A DNA stretch of 64,000 nt from an uncultured delta proteobacterium. GTDB taxonomy: Bacteria > Desulfobacterota > Desulfobacteria > Desulfobacterales > QNYZ01. The notes beneath the pieces are model-generated. The model was not told the DNA's origin, did not search any database, and saw nothing but the letters and a program-made list of their open reading frames with translations. The stretch lies in contig CAWJQU010000013.1 in assembly GCA_963845145.1 (NCBI GenBank), forward strand, positions 96,001-160,000, written 5' to 3'. Positions within the stretch are counted from its first letter, which is position 1. Each line of letters opens with the position of its first letter. Both the position numbers and the translations under genes were made by a program. Below, in pieces: positions 52,695-64,000 of this stretch.

Positions 52695-54077
52695 ATGAGT
52701 ACCAGCGCTGACAAGGTCAAAAACCTGGCCGCTCACACCTTCGGTACCTGGAACTGGCAGAAAAACTGGAAAGCACCCATGCTGATCGAGGATGCCGAAG
52801 GGATATATTTTTATGATGCCGATGGAAAGCCCTACATCGATTTTTCCTCCCAGCTGGTCTGTTCCAATTTAGGCCATAAGAACCCGGCATTGGTGGCGGC
52901 TATCTCCGAACAGGCAGGGAAGCTTCCCTATGTGGCGCCGGGCTTTACCACGAAAATTGCCACCGAGGCGGTGGAAGCTCTTTTGGATATGCTGCCGGAA
53001 AGCGTGGCCAGGTTCTTTTTTTCCACCAGCGGCACCGAGGCCAACGACGGCGCCCTGGCGATTACCCGGTTGCATAAAGCACCGGCTTATAAGGTGATTT
53101 CCCGGTACCATTCATTTCATGGGGCGACGCCGGCAGGCATGGCCTTTACCGGCGATCCCCGCCGTATCCCCATGGAACGGGTGGGGTACACGGTAAACGG
53201 TGTGTTGTTTGCACCGGATCCCTATTGCTATCGCTGTCCTTTTAACCAAACTTACCCGGCCTGTGATACGCAATGTGCTCGGTATCTCGACTATATGATC
53301 GCAGAAGAGGGAAATGTTGCCGCCATGATCGTTGAACCAGTGGTCGGGACCAATGGCCGAATCGTGCCGCCCCCGGCATACTACCCCATTGTCCGGGAAA
53401 TTTGCGACCGGCACGGCGTTCTGCTTATCGCCGACGAGGTGATGTCCGGCTGGTTTCGGACCGGTAAAGTGATGGCCATGGAACACTGGGGCGTGACGCC
53501 CGATATTATTACCACGGCCAAGGGCTGCACCTCGGCCTATACGCCCCTGGGCATAACTGCTGTCACGAAGCCGGTGTCCGATCATTTCGAGGACAACCTC
53601 TTTTGCCACGGCCATACCTATGCCTATCATGCGCTTTGCTTATCTGTGATACCGGCGGCCATGGGCGAGTATAAAAAACTGGTGGCGTCCGGGCTACTTG
53701 AAACCGTCAGCGCCTATTTGGAGAAAAAGTTGGTCGCTCTGTCCGAAAAACACCCCTGTGTGGGGGACGTGCGCGGTATCGGTCATTTTTGGGGCCTTGA
53801 AATTGTGAAAGACAGACGGACTAAGGAGCCTTTTAACACCAAGGAGGATAAACTCACCGGTGCGCCGCTCATGACCGCTAAAATTGCCGGAGCCGCAATG
53901 CAGGCTGGGCTCTACCTCATGCCCTGGTACGATACACTGATGATTGCACCCCCATTGATCATCACCACGGAACAGGTGGATGAGGCGCTGGCTATTCTTG
54001 ACAAAGCTTTGGAAATTGGTGATCAGGAAGCTACCGAGACCGATGTTCCGGTTTCCCAAAGTTCCCAGTACCGGTAA
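52695..54077 (+). CDS. Class III PLP aminotransferase, probable beta-alanine transaminase
   Basis: SGTEAND, SFHG, EPVVGTNG, LIADEVMSGWFRTG, PDIITTAKG; operon context. Confidence 0.88.
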   Translation: MSTSADKVKNLAAHTFGTWNWQKNWKAPMLIEDAEGIYFYDADGKPYIDFSSQLVCSNLGHKNPALVAAISEQAGKLPYVAPGFTTKIATEAVEALLDMLPESVARFFFSTSGTEANDGALAITRLHKAPAYKVISRYHSFHGATPAGMAFTGDPRRIPMERVGYTVNGVLFAPDPYCYRCPFNQTYPACDTQCARYLDYMIAEEGNVAAMIVEPVVGTNGRIVPPPAYYPIVREICDRHGVLLIADEVMSGWFRTGKVMAMEHWGVTPDIITTAKGCTSAYTPLGITAVTKPVSDHFEDNLFCHGHTYAYHALCLSVIPAAMGEYKKLVASGLLETVSAYLEKKLVALSEKHPCVGDVRGIGHFWGLEIVKDRRTKEPFNTKEDKLTGAPLMTAKIAGAAMQAGLYLMPWYDTLMIAPPLIITTEQVDEALAILDKALEIGDQEATETDVPVSQSSQYR

Positions 54078-54225
54078 TGCAAAGCCCGATTTCATGCGCC
54101 AAATTTGATATTGTCAGGTTTGATATTATCGGGCTTAATAAGATCGCGTTAAACATAGCATGGCTCTCATTTACCGGCCACTTCCTCCAAACGCTTAACC
54201 TTTTTGTTTTTAGGGAGGACGACAA

Positions 54226-55587
54226 TTGAACGAATTGGACAAATTTTCACGGATGCGTAAAGGAATGGACCTGGCCCAGGCGATCGCCGAGGCGGATCGG
54301 TGTCTGCTTTGCCATGATGCGCCCTGTTCAACCGGATGTCCAGCGGAAACAAAGCCGGGCGAGTTTATTCGAAAATTACGATTTAAAAATATCACCGGTG
54401 CCATTCGTACCATCAAGATGAACAACATCCTTGGCGGCGCTTGCGGTGTTCTTTGCCCCACCCACCGATTGTGTGAAGAAAAATGCAGCGCCCGGTTCGC
54501 TTCGGAAAATCGGCCCGAAGGGGCGGATCGGCCGATTCAAATCGGTGCGATTCAGCGGTTTTTAGTGGAGCACGGATGGAATATCGGGTTCACTGTGTTT
54601 GATCGTCCTGCACCACGAGTGGAAAAGGTGGCGGTGGTGGGTTCCGGTCCGGCCGGGTTGAGTTGTGCGGCTGAACTGGCCAAGTCCGGTATTGCCGCGA
54701 CGATTTATGAGGCCCGCCCGGAACCCGGGGGCGTTTTGCGCTATGGTGTGGTTGCCCATCGTTTCGATATCGATTTTCTGAGCCGAGAGTTGGCGGATAT
54801 TCGTTCGTTAGGCGTCTCATTCAAGTGTGACACCCCCATCGATCAACCCGGTGGGGCTGAAAAATTGCTCGATAACGGGTATGACGCGGTGTTTTTAGGG
54901 CCCGGTTTGTGGGACGCCGCCACCCTGAAGCCGAATGGCACAATCATGGAGAGCCTGTTCTCCTCGGTCGATTATCTTTCGGCCTTGCGCGACGGTCGCC
55001 TGGCGGAGATGGTGTCACGGGTCAAGGGCAACACTGTGGCGGTGATTGGTGGCGGCTCCGTGGCCATGGATTGTATTGAGTCGGCCATGCAATTGGGTGC
55101 CAAGGACGTCTATTTGGTCTATCGACGTTCCTATTCCCAAATGCCGGCTGAAGCTGATGAGCGGGTTGAGGCGCTCGAATCTGGCGTTCACTTTCTATTA
55201 TTAAATCAACCGGTCGAATATACCACTAGTGACGATGGTAAGGTGAATGGCCTGAAATTAATGCGAACCTGTTTGGGTGATCCGGATGATTCCGGGCGTC
55301 GCCGTCCCGAGATCATCGCCGATAGTGAGTGGGTGCTGGATGCGGATGTGGTCATCGAGGCCATCGGCAACCAGGCGCCACCGGATTTGGCGCTATCGTA
55401 TCCGGGCGTGGATGTGGATGCCCGGGGATTGATTCAGGCTGATTCCGAAACCGGAAAGACATCGATGCCTGGTATTTTCGCCGGGGGGGATATCGTCCGG
55501 GGGCCGGCATTGGTGGTAAATGCCGTTCAAGATGGAAAAACGGCTGCACGTGCCATCATCGCCTATCTGAATGAACGGGAGGGATAA
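54226..55587 (+). CDS. preT: Dihydropyrimidine dehydrogenase subunit PreT (GltD-like)
   Basis: CLLCHDAPCSTGCP, CGVLCP, GSGPAG, GGGSVAMD, AGGDIVRG; upstream of preA. Confidence 0.88.
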   Translation: MNELDKFSRMRKGMDLAQAIAEADRCLLCHDAPCSTGCPAETKPGEFIRKLRFKNITGAIRTIKMNNILGGACGVLCPTHRLCEEKCSARFASENRPEGADRPIQIGAIQRFLVEHGWNIGFTVFDRPAPRVEKVAVVGSGPAGLSCAAELAKSGIAATIYEARPEPGGVLRYGVVAHRFDIDFLSRELADIRSLGVSFKCDTPIDQPGGAEKLLDNGYDAVFLGPGLWDAATLKPNGTIMESLFSSVDYLSALRDGRLAEMVSRVKGNTVAVIGGGSVAMDCIESAMQLGAKDVYLVYRRSYSQMPAEADERVEALESGVHFLLLNQPVEYTTSDDGKVNGLKLMRTCLGDPDDSGRRRPEIIADSEWVLDADVVIEAIGNQAPPDLALSYPGVDVDARGLIQADSETGKTSMPGIFAGGDIVRGPALVVNAVQDGKTAARAIIAYLNEREG

Positions 55588-55589
55588 CC

Positions 55590-56912
55590 ATGGCCGACCT
55601 TATTCGTCCATCTGTCGACTTATCCGTAGATTTTTGTGGGGTCACTTTCAAGAACCCGTTTTTACTCTCTTCTTCGCCTGTTTCCAATAGTGCTGAAATG
55701 GTCGAGAAGGCCTTTGAAGCCGGCTGGAGCGGGGTGGTCTTCAAGACCTTAAATTCGGATCGGTTGCCGATTACGCATCCGTCGCCACGGATGCATTGCA
55801 TCGATTACGGGGGCCAAAAAGAGATCGCTGTTCAGAATGTGGAGCAGATTTCGGATCGACCCCTAAAACACAACCTGATGGAATTCCAATATCTCAAAAA
55901 GCATTACCCCGATTATCCCATCATCGCCAGCATCATGGGGTTCTTCGAAGATGAATGGGTCTATCTGGCCAAAATGGCTGAAGATAACGGCGCCGACATG
56001 TTGGAGCTCAATTTTTCATGTCCGCATATGTGTATTGAAGGCTCAGGGCACAAGGTTGGGCAGGCGTTTCATCTGCTGGAGCAATTTACCTCTGCGGTGA
56101 AAAAAAATGTGACCATTCCGGTTATCGCCAAAATGACGCCCAATATTACCGATATGACCGAGCCGGCCCTCTATGCCAAAAACGGCGGGGCCGATGCCAT
56201 CTCGGCGATTAATACCGTACGCGGCATTTCGGCGGTCGGCTTGGACGACTGGGTGCCCCAACCCAATATCTTCGGCAAAGGCGCCATCAGCGGCACCAGT
56301 GGCCCGGCGGTCAAACCCATCGGGTTGAACTTTATTGCCTCCATGGCCCAATGTATGGATCTGGGGTTGCCCCTGTCGGGGATCGGCGGCATTGAGACCT
56401 GGGTTGATGCCCTCGAATTTATGCTGCTCGGTTCGACGACCATTCAGGTAACCACCGGAATCATGCATTATGGATACCGGATTGTTGAGGATATGATCGA
56501 GGGGCTTTCCGATTATATGGCCCAACGAGGTATCACGCGGGTCACCGATCTGGTGGGAAAAGCCTTACCCCACCTGCATGAAACCGATCGCTTTGAACTC
56601 GATCGCCAGGGGATCACCCAATACGATCTGGATCGCTGCATCGGCTGCGGCCAATGCCTGATTGTCTGCAATGATGCTGCAGGCCAGGCCATTGAATGGG
56701 ATAGCGAACGTCGCCGGCCCCAATTGATTGAAGACAAATGCTTAAGTTGCATGCTCTGCTCTTTTGTCTGCCCGGTGCCTGGCATGATCACCTTTAAAGA
56801 GATGCCCAGAGACTGGCAACGCCAGGAGACGTCCGTCAAGGATCCGAGTCTGGAGAAAAAATTAAAGTACAAGCCATTTACCAAGGAGGCGCCCAATGAG
56901 TGTATTGCTTAA
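55590..56912 (+). CDS. preA: Dihydropyrimidine dehydrogenase subunit PreA
   Basis: KNPFLLSSSP, NVEQISD, ELNFSCPH, KMTPN, SGPAVKPI, two C-terminal 4Fe-4S motifs. Confidence 0.94.
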   Translation: MADLIRPSVDLSVDFCGVTFKNPFLLSSSPVSNSAEMVEKAFEAGWSGVVFKTLNSDRLPITHPSPRMHCIDYGGQKEIAVQNVEQISDRPLKHNLMEFQYLKKHYPDYPIIASIMGFFEDEWVYLAKMAEDNGADMLELNFSCPHMCIEGSGHKVGQAFHLLEQFTSAVKKNVTIPVIAKMTPNITDMTEPALYAKNGGADAISAINTVRGISAVGLDDWVPQPNIFGKGAISGTSGPAVKPIGLNFIASMAQCMDLGLPLSGIGGIETWVDALEFMLLGSTTIQVTTGIMHYGYRIVEDMIEGLSDYMAQRGITRVTDLVGKALPHLHETDRFELDRQGITQYDLDRCIGCGQCLIVCNDAAGQAIEWDSERRRPQLIEDKCLSCMLCSFVCPVPGMITFKEMPRDWQRQETSVKDPSLEKKLKYKPFTKEAPNECIA

Positions 56913-58287
56913 AAACGGAACCATCGTCAACGCAACCGGCCGTTATACTGCGGACGTCTATGCAGAGAATGACCGCATAAAAGCGATTGGCAAGGATCTT
57001 GACTATGCCGCTGACGAAATCGTCGATGCGAAAGGTAAGTATATTCTGCCGGGTGCTATTGATCCGCACACCCATATCTCCATGCCTTTCATGGGGACCC
57101 ACGCCCAGGATGATTATGAAACCGGTACCATCGCCGCTGCCTGTGGTGGGGTGACCTGTGTGGTAGATTTTGATTTGCAGCAAAAAGGCGAAACGTTATT
57201 CGAGGCCCTTGAGCGGAAAAAAGCTTTGGCCGAGGGCAAGGTGGCCGTGGACTACTCTTTGCATCCAGCGGTGATGGATCCCCGGCCGGACGTGATTGAA
57301 GAGGTCAAAAGGGCTTGTCAGGAATACGGCACCCCCAGTTTCAAGATCTTCATGGTTTACGATTTCCGGGTGGATGACGCCACCATGATCAAGCTTTTGG
57401 AAGAGACCAAAAAATACGGTGGACTGGTCCAGGTCCACGCTGAAAACGTCTATATTGTTCAGCACATGAATGAGGTGTTGGCCAAGGAGGGCAAGCTTGA
57501 TCCATACTACCATGCCATGAGTCGTCCCAATATCGCCGAAGAAGAGGCCATTTACCGGGCTTCCAAAATGGTGGAACTGACCGACTCCCGTATTTATATC
57601 GTCCACCTCTCCTCCAAAGAAGGGCTTTGGGTTGTTAAAAACGCGCGTGATCGTGGGGTGAACATTTTTGCTGAAACATGCCCGCAATATCTGTTGCTGG
57701 ACGACGAGCGCTACAAAGAACCCGATTTTAACGGCGCCAAATACGTGATGAGCCCACCGTTGCGTACCAAAGAGAGTAACGACGCTTTGTGGGAGGGGTT
57801 GCGTGGTGGTGATCTTCAAGTGGTGGCCACCGATCACTGCCCGTTTGATTTCAAGGGTAAAAAAGACATGTTCGGCAAGGACGATTACAAGAAGATCCCC
57901 AACGGTGCTCCCGGTATTGAGACCCTGCTGATGCTCATGCATTCGGAAGGGGTGGCCAAGGGACGTATCACTCTGGAGAAGATGGTGGATGTTCTTTCCA
58001 CCAGTACGGCCAGAATGTTCGGCCTGGCGGACAAAGGTGAAATTGCCGTGGGCAAGGATGCCGATATGGTGGTATTCGATGCGGATCGAAAGTTCACCAT
58101 AACCCAGCCGAAATTACATATGAATATCGATTATACCCCGTTTGAAGGGATGGAGATGACCGGGATGCCGGATATGGTCTATTCCCGCGGGAAGAAAGTC
58201 GCCCAATGGAACGGCGAGCAAATGGATTTCGTCGGTCAGGCGGGGCATGGGAGGTTTGTCAAACGAGAGCCATTTGAGGGGTTTTAG
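56896..58287 (+). CDS. hydA: Dihydropyrimidinase
   Basis: IDPHTH, SFKIFM, VHAEN, IVHLS, ETCPQYL, VATDHCPF, IPNGAPGIE. Confidence 0.95.
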   Translation: MSVLLKNGTIVNATGRYTADVYAENDRIKAIGKDLDYAADEIVDAKGKYILPGAIDPHTHISMPFMGTHAQDDYETGTIAAACGGVTCVVDFDLQQKGETLFEALERKKALAEGKVAVDYSLHPAVMDPRPDVIEEVKRACQEYGTPSFKIFMVYDFRVDDATMIKLLEETKKYGGLVQVHAENVYIVQHMNEVLAKEGKLDPYYHAMSRPNIAEEEAIYRASKMVELTDSRIYIVHLSSKEGLWVVKNARDRGVNIFAETCPQYLLLDDERYKEPDFNGAKYVMSPPLRTKESNDALWEGLRGGDLQVVATDHCPFDFKGKKDMFGKDDYKKIPNGAPGIETLLMLMHSEGVAKGRITLEKMVDVLSTSTARMFGLADKGEIAVGKDADMVVFDADRKFTITQPKLHMNIDYTPFEGMEMTGMPDMVYSRGKKVAQWNGEQMDFVGQAGHGRFVKREPFEGF

Positions 58288-58290
58288 AGA

Positions 58291-58400
58291 AAATATCGAA
58301 TAGCGAACCCGCCACAACCCCGGCGGACCGGCAAGGAACTGCAGAATGATGAAGGATTTCCTTTGACCTTCGACATTCCTTGTTCGATATTCTGCGGTTC
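58291..58400. repeat. Complex palindromic intergenic element
   Basis: AATATCGAA...CAAGGAA...GAAGG pairs with CCTTCGACATTCCTTGTTCGATATT; GAACTGCAGAAT pairs with ATTCTGCGGTTC. Confidence 0.6.
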
Positions 58401-58415
58401 TATTTTTTAATTGTT

Positions 58416-58468
58416 AAAAAAAGGGTGCAATGAACGATTAACCATTCATTGCACCCTTTTTGTTTTTA
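58416..58468. terminator. Bidirectional terminator between hydA and cooS
   Basis: AAAAAGGGTGCAATGAA / TTCATTGCACCCTTTTT perfect stem. Confidence 0.9.
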
Positions 58469-58487
58469 CTGGCAGCAAGGCAGCGCT

Positions 58488-60476
58488 TTAGGCCGCATCA
58501 AGCGCCTGGCGATCGGCCATGGTCATGAGGACCCTTTCTCTGGATTTATCGATACCCAATGCTTTACGTTTTTTATCGATGTGGGCAATCATTTTTTTGG
58601 CCATTTCGTATGGATCCGGTTCAAAGCCCCATTTTCCCAAGCCCTGTTTTTCCAACCCATCAAACAACAGATTGTGGAATTTGGTATCTTTCACAATGGG
58701 GAAGGTGACGCCGAAGATTGTATAAACCCCTGAAGCCACAAAGTATTGCCCGATACAGATAGCCTTTTCACTCATCCATTCCGGCGCCGCACCGGCCACC
58801 GGCAGGTCGGCGATACTCTCACCCAGGCCACCCACGCGAACCATTTCCGCGGCGGCGATCAGAATGCGACTGTTGTCTACACAAGACCCAAGTCCCAATA
58901 CCGGCGGCATTCCGACGGTTTCACAAACTTCGCTCAAGCCCGGTCCGGCCAGGTGCGCGGCTTCAGGCGTATATAGCCCCGCCTTGGCAATAGCCAGCTG
59001 GGAACACCCGGTTTGTAATACCAGCACATCATTTTTAATCAGTTCCTTGACCAGTTCAATATGAACATAATCCTGTTTGACGCGGGGATTGGTACAACCC
59101 ACGACGCCCGCCACACCGCGAATGCGGCCGTTGATAATATTGTCGTTGAGCGGGGCATAGGAGCCGCGGAAAGATCCGCCGAGCATATAGTTAATATACT
59201 CATAGGAAAATCCATGGATGCCGGGATTGGTAATCCGGGGGATTTCAATCGGTTTATTCCGGTTTTTAAAGCGGGTAATGGCTTTGATGACCACTTCGTC
59301 GGTGCAATCCAGCGGCGTGTGGTCTTTAAATTGGATATGGGTCGCCCCTTCAATATGACATCTCGTATTGGTGGTGACCAATTCGGTACCGTAGCATTGG
59401 GCCACCGAAACCAATCCCTGTTTAATGCATTGAATATCCACGCACATGACATCGACCGCACCGGTACAAATGACCGCCTCTGTAGACATGAAGTTACCTG
59501 CATGGGGGATCCCGTGGCGGCTCATCATTTCAGCCCCGGAACAGCACATACCCACGAGATTGAGCCCCTTGGCTCCGGCCTTTATGGCTTCTTCTTTTAG
59601 GGAAGACTGATTAACCGATGTGATCATCGATTCAAATAAATTGGGTTCATGGCCATGGACGATGATATTGACCATATCTTCCTTGAGGACACCCATGTTG
59701 ACTTCAACATTCACCGGTGTCGGAGTACCATATAAAATGTCGGAAATTTCAGTGGCAACCATAGAGCCACCCCATCCATCGGCAAGGGCTGCCCGGCTGG
59801 ATTGTTTGGTAATATTTTCGTAATGTTGATCCACGCCCATGGCGCTCCGGTGCAACAACTCCATGATTTCGCGCATGGCACCCCGGGGAACGATATCGAG
59901 TTTTCGCCAGGTTTCCAGCGTCTTTGCCGGTACCCGTTTGGCAAATGGGATTTCGCCTTCGACCTGGGTATAGGTTCGTTCGAGCTCTTTATAAAGGTCC
60001 ATGGCGATATCTTTGTCGGTGCGTCCCTCGGTTTTAATCCCGATTGACTCGGCAACTGAGTAGAGCTTAAGCGGGTCTTTGATCTTGTAGTCGGTAATTT
60101 TCCCATTAACGACATCTCTGAAAAGGTCCACCATCACCATTCCGTGATCCGTATGGGCGGCCGAACCAGTGGCCACCATACGAGCAAAATTTCGCGACAT
60201 AATGGTATCAATCGTCGCCCCGCATACACCCACCTTGCCATAAGGATCTTTAGCATTTAAGCGGCAAGGGCCCATAGAGCAATGCTTACAACAAGCTGAA
60301 TCCGCACCAATAGGGCAGGCTTTCATAGAGGCCGCGCGGTCAAAGGCCGTTTCGACCCCATCCCGCCTGGCCTTGGCCAGCATCTGGGCGGTGGCGTCAC
60401 AACTGGTCCAGTCACTGATATTTGGTTGCGGTTTATCTTTTTTACGAATTGGGTTTTCAGCTATTTTATCAGCCAT
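58488..60476 (-). CDS. cooS: Anaerobic Ni,Fe carbon monoxide dehydrogenase catalytic subunit
   Basis: CPIGADSACCKHCSMGPC, AAHTDHG, HGHEP, GMCCSG, DIQC, VVGCTNP, TGCS, GSCVDNSR, EWMSEKA. Confidence 0.97.
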   Translation of the reverse strand: MADKIAENPIRKKDKPQPNISDWTSCDATAQMLAKARRDGVETAFDRAASMKACPIGADSACCKHCSMGPCRLNAKDPYGKVGVCGATIDTIMSRNFARMVATGSAAHTDHGMVMVDLFRDVVNGKITDYKIKDPLKLYSVAESIGIKTEGRTDKDIAMDLYKELERTYTQVEGEIPFAKRVPAKTLETWRKLDIVPRGAMREIMELLHRSAMGVDQHYENITKQSSRAALADGWGGSMVATEISDILYGTPTPVNVEVNMGVLKEDMVNIIVHGHEPNLFESMITSVNQSSLKEEAIKAGAKGLNLVGMCCSGAEMMSRHGIPHAGNFMSTEAVICTGAVDVMCVDIQCIKQGLVSVAQCYGTELVTTNTRCHIEGATHIQFKDHTPLDCTDEVVIKAITRFKNRNKPIEIPRITNPGIHGFSYEYINYMLGGSFRGSYAPLNDNIINGRIRGVAGVVGCTNPRVKQDYVHIELVKELIKNDVLVLQTGCSQLAIAKAGLYTPEAAHLAGPGLSEVCETVGMPPVLGLGSCVDNSRILIAAAEMVRVGGLGESIADLPVAGAAPEWMSEKAICIGQYFVASGVYTIFGVTFPIVKDTKFHNLLFDGLEKQGLGKWGFEPDPYEMAKKMIAHIDKKRKALGIDKSRERVLMTMADRQALDAA

Positions 60477-60504
60477 GTTACATCTCCTTGATTGTGTAAT
60501 AGAT

Positions 60505-60523
60505 AATAGTAACGATTCCTAAT
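60505..60523. promoter_or_regulatory. Fur-family (PerR-like) operator upstream of cooS
   Basis: 19-bp 8-3-8 near-palindrome AATAGTAA-CGA-TTCCTAAT between a TTGACA-type promoter (~60531-60560, minus) and the cooS RBS. Confidence 0.55.
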
Positions 60524-60718
60524 ATTGATTATTAATACAGGTTTGAAATGTGGGTTGTCAAGGAAAAAACACAGGAAAAAACATGCTGAAGCTGTTTTGG
60601 TGGTATTGTGCAGATAATGCAGGTTACTGACGCAGGCCGGAAGCCCATTGACAGCCCGGATTTTGTACGTTACGCAAACGGCTGTCAAACGATATGGTTA
60701 TAAATCCCCCGGGAAAAA

Positions 60719-61642
60719 ATGATGCCGGTTGAAATTGCCCAAGACCTTTATTTTATTGAACGTGGTTATCTCAATGCGAACCATTTTGTCTATCGGTCCG
60801 AAAAACCGGTCCTCATCGATACGGGGTATCTCGCCGATTTTGATCAAACCGTTGCGCTGATCGAGCAACTGGGTGTCCATCTTCCGGATGTCGCCCTAAT
60901 TGTCGGCACCCATTGCCATTGCGATCATATCGGCGGGCACAAAAAGATTCAGGATCTATCCGGATGCGATATTGCGCTTCATAAGATCGGAAAATATTCC
61001 ATCGACACCCGAAACGACTGGGCCACCTGGCGGCGGTATTTCAATCAGGAAGCGGATTTTTTTGACTGCACCGTCGAATTAAACGATGGGGATGTTCTTT
61101 CGGTCGGGCCTCACGAATTTACGGTTATCCATACCCCGGGCCACGCGGCGGAGGGAATTGTCCTTTACAATCGCAAACAAAAACTACTGATTTCGGCTGA
61201 TGCGCTCTGGCGCAATGATATGGCGTTGATAAACCTTCGTATTGAGGGCAGTGCCGCACCTTTTCAGATGCTGGAATCGCTGGATAAAATAGAGGCACTT
61301 GATGTTCGTGTGGTTTATCCCGGGCATGGCCCGCCTTTTACCGACGTGAAAAAAGCCCTGGATCAAACTGGAAAACGGCTCCAATACTTTTTAAATCATC
61401 GCGAGCAGATGGGGCTTGATCTGATAAAAAAGATTATCGTTTTTACAGTGATGATGCAGAAATCCATTGCTGAAGCGTCGTTCTTTGATAGCCTTATGCA
61501 AACCCACTGGTATAAGGAGACGGTTGAACTTTTTTGCGACGGTGAATACCGGCCCATCTATGAAACCATCATGGCGGATTTTATAAAGCGCGGTATTGTA
61601 AACTTACGAAACGGGCGTTTATCCACGACGGTTAAACCTTAG
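60719..61642 (+). CDS. Metallo-beta-lactamase fold hydrolase
   Basis: LIDTG, THCHCDHIGG, HTPGH, ISADAL, YPGHG. Confidence 0.92.
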   Translation: MMPVEIAQDLYFIERGYLNANHFVYRSEKPVLIDTGYLADFDQTVALIEQLGVHLPDVALIVGTHCHCDHIGGHKKIQDLSGCDIALHKIGKYSIDTRNDWATWRRYFNQEADFFDCTVELNDGDVLSVGPHEFTVIHTPGHAAEGIVLYNRKQKLLISADALWRNDMALINLRIEGSAAPFQMLESLDKIEALDVRVVYPGHGPPFTDVKKALDQTGKRLQYFLNHREQMGLDLIKKIIVFTVMMQKSIAEASFFDSLMQTHWYKETVELFCDGEYRPIYETIMADFIKRGIVNLRNGRLSTTVKP

Positions 61643-61667
61643 GCGTTTGAAAACAGAGGAGGCGGCA

Positions 61668-61943
61668 ATGAGCGATATTAAGGTGACACAAAAACCTAGC
61701 CGGGGACAATTAGAGGCAAAAGGCGTTTTCGATTGGCCGATTTGGGAAAAAGAGGCATCCGAATTTCCCTGGACCTATGATGAGACCGAAACCTGCTATT
61801 TCTTAAAGGGTGATGTGGTGGTAACACCGGATGGTGGCGAACCCGTTCATGTCGGCGAAGGGGACCTGGTCACCTTTCCTAACGGCATGTCCTGTAAATG
61901 GGACATCCGTCAAGGGGTCAAAAAACACTATCGGTTTGGGTAA
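61668..61943 (+). CDS. Cupin domain protein (EutQ-like)
   Basis: WPIWEKEASEFPWTYDETETCYFLKG...GDLVTFPNGMSCKW; RBS GAGGAGG. Confidence 0.9.
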   Translation: MSDIKVTQKPSRGQLEAKGVFDWPIWEKEASEFPWTYDETETCYFLKGDVVVTPDGGEPVHVGEGDLVTFPNGMSCKWDIRQGVKKHYRFG

Positions 61944-62117
61944 TGGGTTAAAGTTGGGTAGTTTCAACTTTTGGTAGCTACTTTTTGTTCGCCACGGCTT
62001 TTAATTTATAATAACGCTTAACATACATTTGTTTTTCCATCGATAATGCAGTATAATCATACTTTCTATTGAATTTTACTGATTGCCCCCGAGAGCGCAC
62101 CATAAAGGCTTATCTGA

Positions 62118-64000
<1,883 letters not shown>

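Noticed and set aside
60719..61642. MBL hydrolase as the missing ureidopropionase or as an antibiotic resistance gene
   Set aside because: Separated from the operon by cooS, no signal peptide, and no sequence evidence for either function

Overview
Bacterial chromosomal window, most consistent with an anaerobic sulfate-reducer-type deltaproteobacterium (Desulfobacterales-like; inferred from gene content, not proven). Left (1-13.5 kb): housekeeping genes (clpB, mutL, gatCA, SPOR protein, argS), a frameshifted porin, a radical SAM protein, a histone-H1-like protein and a molybdate/sulfate-type transporter. Middle (13.5-49.6 kb, nearly all minus strand): a large Wzx/Wzy-type surface-polysaccharide locus. 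Its export end is intact (beta-barrel, short OPX, Wzc, O-antigen-ligase-TPR, peptide-type ABC exporter) and is headed by a sigma54-driven secreted protein. Its glycosyltransferase/wzy core is riddled with frameshifts and mobile DNA: an IS3 carrying a MITE, an IS5-type MITE, an IS256 scrap, ISL3 nested in IS1380 and a decayed IS5. It also holds an AAA-DUF4143 ATPase, an MNT-HEPN pair and a GDP-mannose 3,5-epimerase-like gene. Right (49.7-64 kb): an Lrp-associated reductive pyrimidine catabolism cluster lacking ureidopropionase, a lone cooS with a PerR-like box, MBL hydrolase, cupin, ispG and the start of proS. No rRNA, tRNA or CRISPR array was seen. All calls come from motif reading only; no searches were run.
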